This document shows, piece after piece, positions 1-8,945 of a stretch of DNA of 15,840 bases; the first letter of the stretch is position 1; every line of letters begins with the position of its first letter. The position numbers and the translations under genes were made by a program. The stretch is from a candidate division WOR-3 bacterium (lineage in GTDB: Bacteria > Hydrothermota > Hydrothermia > JBDRYB01): positions 1 to 15,840 of the forward strand of contig JBMFOM010000037.1 of assembly GCA_049969615.1 (NCBI GenBank). Direction: 5' to 3'. The notes beneath the pieces are model-generated. The model saw only the letters and a program-made list of their open reading frames with translations. It did no database searches and had not been told where the DNA came from.

Positions 1-578
1 AGCCATACCTTGTAAGCATCTCCGCCCCATGCCCCGACCTTGATCGGGTAAGCCGGGTCCGAGAGATCCATGACATAGAGATAGTTCACCAGGTAAAGCC
101 TTCTGTTCTCCGGGTTGATGAAGTAATCACTGGCGGAGTGAACCAGGGACAAAGCCCTATAGACAAATGTCGGATTCAGGGGATCAGAAATGTTCCAGAC
201 TGTGCCCCACTTTTCTCCGCGGTAGAGATAGTGGTCATAGACCTCAAGGGCCTGGTCAACTCCCCAGTCCGTGACCAGGGAATCAATCGCGTGAGGATTG
301 GAGGGGTCAGAGACATCAAGGATATCCGTGTAGTAGTCTCCCGCGTCGCTTGAGGCGTAGATGTAGCAGGGTGGGTAGAAAGCGACCTGGTAGACACTGT
401 AAAAGGAAGGACGCCACCAGGCTATCTTGGCAGGATTGGTCGGGTCCGAAATGTCAAAGATAAGCATCCACCAGCTGGCTATGAGCTCAACATTCAGGGT
501 TTCCTGAGGGGAGAATGGAGTGTAAAACCTTTTATTGGGGCTTCGGGAGGAAAGGGAAACGAGGATCATGGTCATCAT
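1..578 (-). CDS. LVIVD-repeat (beta-propeller) protein, probably secreted; 3' end runs off the window
   Basis: Absent from the ORF track (no stop codon in the window). Manual translation from ATG 578 is open to base 1: MMTMILVSLSS...LIFDISDPTNPAKIA...ILDVSDPSNPHAID...VWNISDPLNPTFV...YVMDLSDPAYPIKVG, i.e. four LVIVD-type D(I/V/L)SDPxxP repeats. Confidence 0.8.
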   Translation of the reverse strand, partial: MMTMILVSLSSRSPNKRFYTPFSPQETLNVELIASWWMLIFDISDPTNPAKIAWWRPSFYSVYQVAFYPPCYIYASSDAGDYYTDILDVSDPSNPHAIDSLVTDWGVDQALEVYDHYLYRGEKWGTVWNISDPLNPTFVYRALSLVHSASDYFINPENRRLYLVNYLYVMDLSDPAYPIKVGAWGGDAYKVW

Positions 579-638
579 GACGAAATCATGTTATGATTGA
601 TTATTCGTGAATTTTCAGACGAAACAAGCCCCTTCCCC

Positions 639-2558
639 TCAGGAACCATTCTCCTCACCTTTGATCTCACCCAAAACCATTCCAATGAACTCCTCCAGGT
701 TCATCGCTCCCATATCGCCCCCTCTCCTTTTCCTCACAGAAACCCTCCCGGATTCCGCCTCCCTCTTTCCCACGATCGCCATGTAGGGAACCTTCTGGGC
801 CTCGGCCTCCCTTATTTTGTAGGAGATTCGCTCTGGCCTAAGGTCAAACTCAGCGCGCAGGCCATTTGCCTTCAGTATTTCGGTTATTTTTGCCGCATAG
901 GAGTTGACCACCGAGACAACCGGCAGGACCGCGACCTGAACCGGCGCGAGCCAGAGGGGGAACGCGCCGCCATAGTGTTCCAGGAGGACGCCGAAGAAAC
1001 GCTCTATTGAACCCAGTATTGCCCTATGGATCATCACGACCCTGTGCTCAAGCCCATCCTGGCCGATGTAAGTGACATCAAACCTGGTCGGTATGTTAAA
1101 ATCAACCTGGATTGTCGTGCACTGGTGGCGCCTGCCCAAGGCATCGTGCAGTTGAATGTCTATCTTCGGTCCATAGAAAGCGGATTCTCCTTCCTGGATC
1201 TCGTATGACAGTCCCTCCGCCGTGAGGGCTTTTGCCAAGCCGTTTTCTGCGAGAACCCACCCCTCTTCATCTCCCATGTATTTTTCTGGTCTCTTCGGGT
1301 CCCTGACGGACAGGTCAACCTTATAGTCTTCAAAGCCGAATTTTCTGAGTATCCTCTTGGTCAGTTTGATCACTCCCCTCACTTCGTCAACGAACTGGTC
1401 CTGGGAGCAGAATATGTGCGCGTCATCCTGAGTGAAACCCCTGACCCTGAATAGTCCATGGAGCACTCCGGATCGCTCATACCGGTAGACAGTGCCCAAC
1501 TCCGCCAGCCTCATGGGGAGGTCCCGATAGCTCCTCTTTTTGGATTTATAGACCAGAATGTGCGCGGGGCAGTTCATTGGTTTTATGACATAGTCCTCGT
1601 CGTCCCGGTTGAACACATACATGTTTTCCCGATAAAAGCCCAGGTGGCCAGACATTTCCCAGAGCTTTGAGCGAAAGAGGTGAGGACTCCTTATGAACTC
1701 ATATCCCTCCTCCCTGTGAACCTCGCGCCAGTAGTCTTCAATTATCTCCCTGACTAGAGTGCCCTTCGGGTGCCATATAACGACCCCTGGTCCAGCCTCC
1801 TCATGGAAAGAGAAGAGATCCAATTCAACTCCGAGCTTTCGGTGATCCCTACGTTTGGCCTCCTCCAACCTTCTCAGAAACTCGGAGAGCTCCTCTTCAG
1901 TCGGGAAGGATACGCCGTATATCCTCTGGAGCCTAGGGCCATGCTCATCCCCTCGCCAGTATGCCCCTGATGCTGAGAGGACCTTTATTTGGCCTACTAC
2001 GCCGGTTGACGCTAGGTGTGGCCCCCTACACAGGTCAATAAAATCTCCTTGCCTGTAGAGGGTGACCCTCTTGTCCGGAATATCCCTCAGGAGTTCAACC
2101 TTGTATTTCTCTCCTGAGTCTGAGAACAGCTTTATCGCCTCATCCCTGTCCATTTCAATGCGTTCAACCGGCAGGTCTCGCGTGATTATCTCGCGTGCCC
2201 GGTTTTCTATTTCGGACAGATTATCCGGCGAGAATGTGGCATCGTCAATGTCAAAGTCATAGTAGAATCCCACTTCAATGGGCGGGCCTATCGCGAGCTT
2301 TACGTTCGGGAACAGCTCCTTGACCGCCTGCGCCAGTATGTGGGATGATGTGTGCCAGTATGCTTCTTTGCCGGCAGGGTCTTCAAAATCAACGAGATAT
2401 ACCTCTTCTATCCCCTCCGGGATGGGCGCGGAGAGGTCATATGTCCTGTTGTCGGCCCTGTATAGGAGCCCCTGAGCCCTGAATCCCAGGAGGTTTTCTC
2501 CCTTCCCAGTCTCGCCAACAACATTCCCCTTACTATCCTTTATTTTAACGTTGGACAT
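639..2558 (-). CDS. thrS: Threonine--tRNA ligase
   Basis: 639 aa. Editing domain HTSSH...DLCRGPH, RIYG, RDHRKLG; Zn ligands in KPMNCP, FTQDDAH and MIHRA; motif 2 YRYE; AFYGPK; C-terminal anticodon-binding domain (YKIREAE). Confidence 0.99.
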   Translation of the reverse strand: MSNVKIKDSKGNVVGETGKGENLLGFRAQGLLYRADNRTYDLSAPIPEGIEEVYLVDFEDPAGKEAYWHTSSHILAQAVKELFPNVKLAIGPPIEVGFYYDFDIDDATFSPDNLSEIENRAREIITRDLPVERIEMDRDEAIKLFSDSGEKYKVELLRDIPDKRVTLYRQGDFIDLCRGPHLASTGVVGQIKVLSASGAYWRGDEHGPRLQRIYGVSFPTEEELSEFLRRLEEAKRRDHRKLGVELDLFSFHEEAGPGVVIWHPKGTLVREIIEDYWREVHREEGYEFIRSPHLFRSKLWEMSGHLGFYRENMYVFNRDDEDYVIKPMNCPAHILVYKSKKRSYRDLPMRLAELGTVYRYERSGVLHGLFRVRGFTQDDAHIFCSQDQFVDEVRGVIKLTKRILRKFGFEDYKVDLSVRDPKRPEKYMGDEEGWVLAENGLAKALTAEGLSYEIQEGESAFYGPKIDIQLHDALGRRHQCTTIQVDFNIPTRFDVTYIGQDGLEHRVVMIHRAILGSIERFFGVLLEHYGGAFPLWLAPVQVAVLPVVSVVNSYAAKITEILKANGLRAEFDLRPERISYKIREAEAQKVPYMAIVGKREAESGRVSVRKRRGGDMGAMNLEEFIGMVLGEIKGEENGS

Positions 2559-2572
2559 TCAGACAGAACCAT

Positions 2573-2602
2573 ATTTTAATGTAGATGAAGGCTCTGGCGC
2601 AA
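2573..2602 (-). promoter_or_regulatory. Putative sigma70 promoter for thrS (TTGCGC-N18-TAAAAT)
   Basis: -35 at 2602-2597 and -10 at 2578-2573, 14 nt upstream of the ATG; no Shine-Dalgarno in between. Confidence 0.45.
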
Positions 2603-3051
2603 GGAAGAATCGCACAGACAACGCCGGGGCCATTCGCTTTGGTTTCGTCTGGTGGGCACATAAACATTGCCTCAACTTCTATGGCCAGGCTTTGTATCCG
2701 TGGCCGGTATACCCGCGCCCCGCGTGCGGTTCACTGCAATTCCAGCCAGGTCTCAAGCGCATCCCGCATATGCGGAATGACTATTGAACCACCAATAACC
2801 AGGGCCACGTCCTGAGTCTGGTCCTTGCTTCCTTCTCTGTCCAGAACCTATCAAAATCCTCTCTCTTCATAATCTGTCCTTTGGCAAATCTTAAGGCACG
2901 GGAGCAAACCAGTTCCACCACCCCAGGTCTTGCGGTTGTGGATGGCTTGGGTAAAGCTCCAGATCCCTCTTCCTATACAGGATCAAGCATCAGGGAGGCT
3001 AAAGGCTTCGGTTTCCCCAAGCACGGGTGGCCAAGAACCCCTTTCCAACCC

Positions 3052-4782
3052 TCACCCCCCGAACCCGTTTGTTATGGGCATCCTCCTGTCCCTGCCAAAG
3101 GCCCTCTCGGTTATCTTTATGCCCGGCGGGGCCTGACGACGCTTGTATTCCGATGAGTCAACCATGCGAACGACCCTCCTGACGACATCAGGGTCAAATC
3201 CCCTCCCGATTATCTCCGAGGGCGGCATATCCTCCTCTATATACAAATGCAATATGGGATCAAGGGTCTCGTATGGGGGAAGGGTGTCCTGGTCAGTCTG
3301 ATTTGGCCTGAGCTCGGCTGAGGGCGGCTTGGTGAACATCCTATCCGGGATCACAGGTCTCAAGGCATTCCTGAACCTGGCCAGCTTATAGACCAGGGTC
3401 TTTGAGACATCCTTGAGCGGTGCGAAACCACCGGAGAGATCACCATAGAGGGTTGCGTAGCCGGTGGAAAGCTCGCTCTTGTTCCCGGTCGTGAGAACCA
3501 GGTGGCCGAACTTGTTTGAGAACGCCATGAGCAGGTTGCCGCGGATCCTGGCTTGGATGTTTTCCTCGGTAATATCAGGCTCTTTGCCGACAAAGTGTGG
3601 GGCCAGGCAATCGAGGTATACCTGGAATAGGTTATCTATAGGAATCTCCGTTATCCTGACCCCAAGGTTCTTCGCGAGGGCAAACGCGTCCTCCCGGCTC
3701 TCTCTGGATGTGTAGCGCGAGGGCATGAACAGGCAAGAGACATTCTCGGGGCCTAAGGCGTCTGCCGCAAGGACAGAGACTAGGGCAGAGTCAATCCCGC
3801 CAGAGAGGCCTATCACGACACCCCTGAAGCCGTTTTTCCTCGTGTAATCGGAAACTCCGGTCAAAAGCGCGTTCCAGACCTCCTCTTCCAAAGAGGGAGG
3901 GTCGCTGACAAAACATAGAGTCTCATCGCGCTCGCGCGGGTCCGACGAATCAACAGTTATCTCCTCAACCAAACCAAGGGCCCCCCACCTGGTCTTCTGC
4001 TCCCTCCTTCGGGTGTCATGAACCCGGTGCCGGAGAACCAGGCCCGGATCAAGGTCAATGGTAAAAAGCCCCTCCCGGAACATGGGCGCACGGGCCACGA
4101 GTTCGCCATCCGGCCCGAAAACCACCGAGCCCCCGTCAAAGACCAGCTCGTCCTGGCCTCCGACAGAATTAAGATAGACCACAAAAACACCGTTGTCGGA
4201 AGCCCTAGTTGAGAGCATGGTCTCACGCTGGCGCCATTTTCCCATGTGATAAGGGGAGGCGTTTATGTTCAGGATGACCTCAGCGTCGCCAAGAAGGGAC
4301 TGATAATACAGGGGACCATCCGGATGCCAGATGTCCTCGCAGATGTTGACCCCTATCCTAACTCCACGGAAAAGATAAACGGGGAACCGCTCGCCCGGCA
4401 TAAAATAGCGCTTGTCATCAAACACGCCGTAGTTTGGCAGGAAGGCCTTATGATAGACATCAACGAGCTCGCCGTCGTGTATGATTGCGACCCCGTTGTG
4501 GATGTCGTCGGTCTTATCAACGAAACCAACTACCGCGAGGATGTCCTTGCCACTAGTGAAATCAACCAGCTCACGCAAGGCAGAAAGATTCTCCTCAATG
4601 AAATCCGGCCTCAGAAGCAGGTCCTCCGGCGGGTAACCTGTAAGGGTTAGCTCTGGAAACAGAACCAGATCAGAACCAAGGGCAAGGGCTTGGTCCAGGG
4701 TGGACTTCACGAGTTCAAGGTTGCCCTTTATATCCCCGACAGTTGGGTTGACCTGCGCGAGCGAAACCCTGATTAGCTTCAC
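3052..4782 (-). CDS. nadE: Glutamine-dependent NAD+ synthetase
   Basis: N-terminal nitrilase/glutaminase domain with E-K-C triad (FPEL, YHKAFLPNY, ICEDIW) fused to a synthetase domain (GLSGGIDS, ENIQARIRG, TGNKSE, GYATLYGD, PPSAEL, SEYKRRQ). Start is GTG 4782 or TTG 4788; GTG preferred because TAAACT lies 6 nt upstream. Confidence 0.98.
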   Translation of the reverse strand: MKLIRVSLAQVNPTVGDIKGNLELVKSTLDQALALGSDLVLFPELTLTGYPPEDLLLRPDFIEENLSALRELVDFTSGKDILAVVGFVDKTDDIHNGVAIIHDGELVDVYHKAFLPNYGVFDDKRYFMPGERFPVYLFRGVRIGVNICEDIWHPDGPLYYQSLLGDAEVILNINASPYHMGKWRQRETMLSTRASDNGVFVVYLNSVGGQDELVFDGGSVVFGPDGELVARAPMFREGLFTIDLDPGLVLRHRVHDTRRREQKTRWGALGLVEEITVDSSDPRERDETLCFVSDPPSLEEEVWNALLTGVSDYTRKNGFRGVVIGLSGGIDSALVSVLAADALGPENVSCLFMPSRYTSRESREDAFALAKNLGVRITEIPIDNLFQVYLDCLAPHFVGKEPDITEENIQARIRGNLLMAFSNKFGHLVLTTGNKSELSTGYATLYGDLSGGFAPLKDVSKTLVYKLARFRNALRPVIPDRMFTKPPSAELRPNQTDQDTLPPYETLDPILHLYIEEDMPPSEIIGRGFDPDVVRRVVRMVDSSEYKRRQAPPGIKITERAFGRDRRMPITNGFGG

Positions 4783-4823
4783 TGACAAAGTTTAAAGCTG
4801 GGGATTGTCCGCAATCCTCTTGG

Positions 4824-4907
4824 AAGGACTTAGAACCATTGCATCGGGTATGTCCAGTCTCCCCAGATGTTCAAATACATGATTCTGCGCGGGAAATGGG
4901 TTATAAT
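4824..4907 (+). repeat. Partial copy (promoter module only) of the dispersed intergenic repeat
   Basis: Ungapped manual alignment to the minus-strand copy near 10411-10494 gives about 65/84 identities; ends in ATGATTCTGCGCGGGAAATGGGTTATAAT. Confidence 0.85.
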
Positions 4908-4914
4908 TTATGAC

Positions 4915-5964
4915 TTGAAAACAAGAGAGGTTAAGGTTCGCGGTGTCGGAATAGGCCACGGCAATCCCGTCCGCGTCCAGTCCATGACATCCACGAGAAC
5001 CGAGGATGTCAGGGCTACGGTTGAGCAGATAAATGCCCTCCATCAGGCCGGAGCTGAACTTGTCAGGGTGGCTGTTCAGTCCGTGGCCGCGGTCAAGCAT
5101 TTCAAAGAGATACGCAAGGAGACAGACATTCCGCTCATAGCGGATGTCCACTTTGATCACAAAATAGCGATAATGTGCGCGGACGCGGGCGCGGACAAAA
5201 TACGGATAAACCCGGGCAACATAAGGGGGCCAGAAAAGGTGGAGGAGGTGATCAGGGCGCTCAGGGCCAACCGTGTTCCGGCCCGGATAGGCGTTAATTC
5301 CGGTTCCCTGGAGGAAGACCTCATTGAAAAGCACGGGGGCGTAACGCCCGAGGCGCTCGCGGAGAGCGCCCTGAGGTGGGCGGATTTCTTTCTGGAAAGG
5401 GATTTTGGAGATTTCCTCCTGTCGGTGAAGTCCAGCCGGGTCCCGGACACCGTGAGGGCTTACAGATTGCTCGCAAAGAAAACCCCTCAGCCCCTGCACC
5501 TAGGCCTCACGGAGGCCGGCCCTCCGTGGCCGGGTGCCATAAGGAGCGCGGTTGCCTTAGGGATTCTGCTTGATGAGGATATAGGCGACACGATAAGGGT
5601 CTCCCTCACAGGCGATCCGGTTGAAGAAGTCAGGGTAGCCTGGGAGATTCTCAGATCCCTTGAGCTAAGGGCTCGCGGCCCCATGATAATCTCCTGCCCG
5701 ACCTGCGGCAGGACCAGGGTTGACATAGTCCCAATCGTTCAGGAGATAACTGAGGCACTGGTAGACATAAAGGAGCCATTTCGTGTGGCTGTGATGGGAT
5801 GCGAGGTCAACGGCCCCGGAGAGGCCAGGGAGGCAGACTTCGGGGTTGCGGCGGGGCGCGGTTTTGGCTTAATATTTAGGAAAGGGCGTGTTGTGAAAAA
5901 GGTCAAGGTAGAGGATATTGCGCGCGCGCTTCTGGAAGAGATAGCCTCATCGGAGCGAGAGTAA
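4915..5964 (+). CDS. ispG: 4-hydroxy-3-methylbut-2-en-1-yl diphosphate synthase (GcpE/IspG)
   Basis: VQSMT, ADVHFD, RINPGN, RIGVNSGSL, HLGLTEAG, IGDTIRVSLT; [4Fe-4S] ligands SCPTCGR and AVMGCEVNGPGEA. The ORF is open from 4867, but the first 16 codons lie in or next to the repeat/promoter; likely start is TTG 4915 (MKTREVKV). Confidence 0.98.
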   Translation: MKTREVKVRGVGIGHGNPVRVQSMTSTRTEDVRATVEQINALHQAGAELVRVAVQSVAAVKHFKEIRKETDIPLIADVHFDHKIAIMCADAGADKIRINPGNIRGPEKVEEVIRALRANRVPARIGVNSGSLEEDLIEKHGGVTPEALAESALRWADFFLERDFGDFLLSVKSSRVPDTVRAYRLLAKKTPQPLHLGLTEAGPPWPGAIRSAVALGILLDEDIGDTIRVSLTGDPVEEVRVAWEILRSLELRARGPMIISCPTCGRTRVDIVPIVQEITEALVDIKEPFRVAVMGCEVNGPGEAREADFGVAAGRGFGLIFRKGRVVKKVKVEDIARALLEEIASSERE

Positions 5965-7191
5965 ATGACATACCTGTTGATTACCTTGCTGATTGGCGCC
6001 AGAGGGCCCTCAAGATGGGATGCCCTGCTCAGGCCATACCCGGAGGCCAGGGTTGACCCGAGAGAATACCGGCTTGGCCCCGGAGACAGCCTAAGGGTAA
6101 CCCTCTTTGGTTCGGTGTCTTATACGGTGGACATCACGGTGGATGTCTCTGGTTGGGTCCCCCTCTATGGGCCGGGCGTTTCCGCGGCAGGCCTAGCCAG
6201 CACCGAGGAAAGCGCCATTCCCGGATATCAGAGCCGTTCATCCGGCACATTTCTCGGAAAGAAATATCTTTCTGGACTTACAATGGCCGAGGCAGAGGAT
6301 ACCCTACGGGCATTCTATGGGTGTTTCTACCGGAAGACGGATGTCAACCTCAGTCTGGCATATCCCAGGGTAGTCTCGGTCAGCGTGGTAGGCCAGGTTC
6401 TCAACCAGGGCGTGATGGCCTGTTCGGCCGTTGAGAGGCTCTCTGATCTCATAGTGAAAGCTGGGGGCGCGACCGGCGGCGCTGATTTGACGGGAATCAG
6501 GGTCAGCATGGACGGACAAGAAAAGGTTTTCAACCTCTACAGGTATTTTCTGGACGGGGATAAATCCCAGAACCCATTGGTGGACAATGATATGACGGTC
6601 TTCATTCCTGCTTCAAAGAAGACCGTAGTCGTATCCGGAGCGGTTGGGCTTTTAACGATCTATTTCAACGACTCAACCAGTCCAGATGTGGTCAAGAGCA
6701 TTGAGGGAGGCAGAACGGTTAGGGTAACTTGGGAAGAGGGAGATAATGTTGAGCGAGCCATAAAAAAGGCTGGAGGCCTGATGTCCAGGGCTTCAGTGGA
6801 AGGAATAACCATTGTCCGCGGCGGGATAAGGATGGCCGCGAGCCTTCAGACAAGCCTGGAGCCGGGTGACAGGGTTGAGGTCCCGCGTATCCCATCTGAG
6901 GTCTATGTGCTAGGAGAGGTAAAACTGCCCGGCGCCTATCAGTATTCACCTGGGTTAACCTACATAGAGTACGTTAGCCTTGCCGGGCCAGGAGAAAGGG
7001 GCTACACAAAGAAATTCACGGTTGTAAAACCTGATGGGTCAAGGGTATCTGTCCGCCCACAGGATGAGGCAAAGGCCGGGGACAGAATAATAGTCAATAG
7101 GGTCGCGTTCCTTTGGTATGACGATTACCTGAGAGTTCTATCCGCTGTAACCACCATAATAGTAACATGGTTAACTCTGAGACGCTGGTGA
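5965..7191 (+). CDS. Polysaccharide biosynthesis/export protein with SLBB domains (Wza/KpsD-like)
   Basis: Poly_export motif EYRLGPGDSLRVTLFG; repeated SLBB units (VSVVGQV...IVKAGG, AIKKAGG...LEPGDRVEVP, VYVLGEVKLPG); C-terminal hydrophobic helix. ATG directly follows the ispG TAA. Confidence 0.85.
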   Translation: MTYLLITLLIGARGPSRWDALLRPYPEARVDPREYRLGPGDSLRVTLFGSVSYTVDITVDVSGWVPLYGPGVSAAGLASTEESAIPGYQSRSSGTFLGKKYLSGLTMAEAEDTLRAFYGCFYRKTDVNLSLAYPRVVSVSVVGQVLNQGVMACSAVERLSDLIVKAGGATGGADLTGIRVSMDGQEKVFNLYRYFLDGDKSQNPLVDNDMTVFIPASKKTVVVSGAVGLLTIYFNDSTSPDVVKSIEGGRTVRVTWEEGDNVERAIKKAGGLMSRASVEGITIVRGGIRMAASLQTSLEPGDRVEVPRIPSEVYVLGEVKLPGAYQYSPGLTYIEYVSLAGPGERGYTKKFTVVKPDGSRVSVRPQDEAKAGDRIIVNRVAFLWYDDYLRVLSAVTTIIVTWLTLRRW

Positions 7192-7217
7192 GGCGCGGAT
7201 CTCCGAGGCGCTGAGAG

Positions 7218-8945
7218 ATGGCTCTGGTGATCATTCTTTCCTCTATATCCTGGGATTATAAAACCCTGAATTACGACATAAGGCTCCTAGTTAGGCCTCT
7301 TGAACAGAGCATAGCCGGGGATGTTTCCCTGACCCTTGCCCTGAGGCCGGAAACTGACACCATGGCCTTTCACCTCACCTCCAACTACACGATTGACTCC
7401 CTGTTTCTGAATGGTGCCCTGGTCCCTTTCCTCAGGGATTCAGACACGGTCTTCGTTCCCATTCTCGCGCCGGTGGAAACATGCACCATCAGGGTATTCT
7501 ATGCTGGGCCCACCCGTGACCGCGGCATCCACTTTAGGGATTCCTCCTTCTTCAGTCTCGGTCAGTTCTATGACTCAAAGGCGTGGCTTCCGTGCAACGA
7601 TAACCCCAGCGCGAAGGCACCCGCCAGGCTCGCGCTGACAGGGCCATACGGCTGTTTCATCGCGTCCAACGGCACTCTAGACAGCGTTCGGGATTCAACA
7701 TATTTCTGGAGAGAAACTCATCCCGTTTCCCCTTATCTGCTCCTGGCCGCGGGTGGCCCATATGTTCGGCTTGACACCTCTTTTGCCGGAATACCCATTT
7801 ATTACTATGTGTTCCCGGACGACACGGCAAAAGCCAGGGTCTCATTCCAACATGTCCCGGACATGCTGAAATTCTACTCAGACAGGTTTGGCGAGTATCC
7901 GTTCCTGGACGAGAAGCTAGCATTTGTTGAGACAGAGGACCCCATAGGCATGGAGACCCAGACCTGCATAATGGTCGGCTCGCACACCATAACCGGTGAC
8001 CTCTCAATGGAATATGTATTCGCTCACGAGTTAGCTCACCAGTGGTGGGGCGATGCGCTGACGCCGGTCTCTTGGAAGGAGATATGGCTCTCGGAGGGGA
8101 TGGCTGTTTGGTCTGACTTCTCGTTCACTGAACATGTCTATGGCCCGGATAGCGCAATAGACAGGTGGCTCTGGGCGAGAGACCTTTATTTCTACGAGGA
8201 CAGCGCCTTGCCACCATATCCCCTCCGTGATCCCGACAGGTTCACAGGCGCGACGGTCTACTGCAAGGGCGCGTGGGTAATAAGGATGCTGAAATGGGTC
8301 ATGGGAGACAGCCTGTTCCAAGAGGGGATGAGATTCTATTACTCGACATACCGGGATAGTATAGTCAACACTGATGATTTTCGGAATGCCATGAGCTATA
8401 TCCTCGGAGACTGCCTCATTTGGTTCTTTTCGGAGTGGTGCGAGGATGTCGGTTATCCACGGGTGCAATATGACTGGTGGCAGGCCGGAGATACCCTGAC
8501 CCTTATCTTCAGGCAGGTTCAGGACCACGGACCCATGTTCTTTATGCCAGTTGAGGTAATGATGATCGGCGGGCCAGACACCGCCAGGGACACGGTTTTC
8601 ATGGGATATGGCTCTGACACATTCCAGCTGAACCCTGGCTTTCAGACCCAGGACCTGATAGTTGACCCAGATTGCAGGGTGCTCATGCGCGCGGAACGCG
8701 TCTGTGGTGCCACCGAGCGCGAGAATCCGGCCCCGAAAATCTTGGTCCAGACGACCGGCAAGGGCTTTATTCGGATTGATAACCACACATCATCACCCGT
8801 AGCCATCAGGATATATGATGCTACGGGCCGGCTCTGGGCAGTTCACCAGGCCAGACCCGGAACGAGCACGGCTAGACTGCCGGGCCCTGGTTTTTACAGG
8901 CTGATCTGGAATGGGGGTGCCATCAGCGCGATATCCCTCAGATGA
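7218..8945 (+). CDS. M1-family zinc aminopeptidase with T9SS-like C-terminal domain
   Basis: HEXXH-X18-E motif (HELAHQWWG...WLSEG), WLPCNDNPSAKA, VYCKGAWVIRML with catalytic Tyr, GME remnant of GXMEN; C-terminal IRIYDATGRL...PGFY. Confidence 0.92.
   Translation: MALVIILSSISWDYKTLNYDIRLLVRPLEQSIAGDVSLTLALRPETDTMAFHLTSNYTIDSLFLNGALVPFLRDSDTVFVPILAPVETCTIRVFYAGPTRDRGIHFRDSSFFSLGQFYDSKAWLPCNDNPSAKAPARLALTGPYGCFIASNGTLDSVRDSTYFWRETHPVSPYLLLAAGGPYVRLDTSFAGIPIYYYVFPDDTAKARVSFQHVPDMLKFYSDRFGEYPFLDEKLAFVETEDPIGMETQTCIMVGSHTITGDLSMEYVFAHELAHQWWGDALTPVSWKEIWLSEGMAVWSDFSFTEHVYGPDSAIDRWLWARDLYFYEDSALPPYPLRDPDRFTGATVYCKGAWVIRMLKWVMGDSLFQEGMRFYYSTYRDSIVNTDDFRNAMSYILGDCLIWFFSEWCEDVGYPRVQYDWWQAGDTLTLIFRQVQDHGPMFFMPVEVMMIGGPDTARDTVFMGYGSDTFQLNPGFQTQDLIVDPDCRVLMRAERVCGATERENPAPKILVQTTGKGFIRIDNHTSSPVAIRIYDATGRLWAVHQARPGTSTARLPGPGFYRLIWNGGAISAISLR

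Noticed and set aside
501-645. 12-bp inverted repeat TTCCTGAGGGGA (501-512 and 634-645)
   Set aside because: Arms lie in or overlap coding sequence and are far apart; plausible by chance.
575-649. 24-codon mini-ORF (MVPEGKGLVSSENSRIINHNMISS) overlapping the thrS end and the LVIVD start by ATGA
   Set aside because: Could couple translation, but the SD-like sequence is just thrS Gly/Glu codons and the peptide has no recognisable features. It is not infC, which is absent after thrS here.
2731-2733. In-frame TGA in a minus-strand frame as possible selenocysteine
   Set aside because: No redox motif, clear start or SECIS-like hairpin recognised.
2715-2930. T-box riboswitch upstream of thrS (GGTGGAACTGG near 2910-2920; AATTGCAGTGAACCGC near 2726-2741, minus strand)
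   Set aside because: Neither matches the GGTGGNACC(G/A)CG consensus with an adjacent terminator, and a candidate promoter lies only 14 nt before thrS.
4792-5499. 235-aa antisense ORF, likewise 8031-8786, 12509-12991 and other shadow ORFs
   Set aside because: They overlap well-supported genes and have no recognisable motifs.
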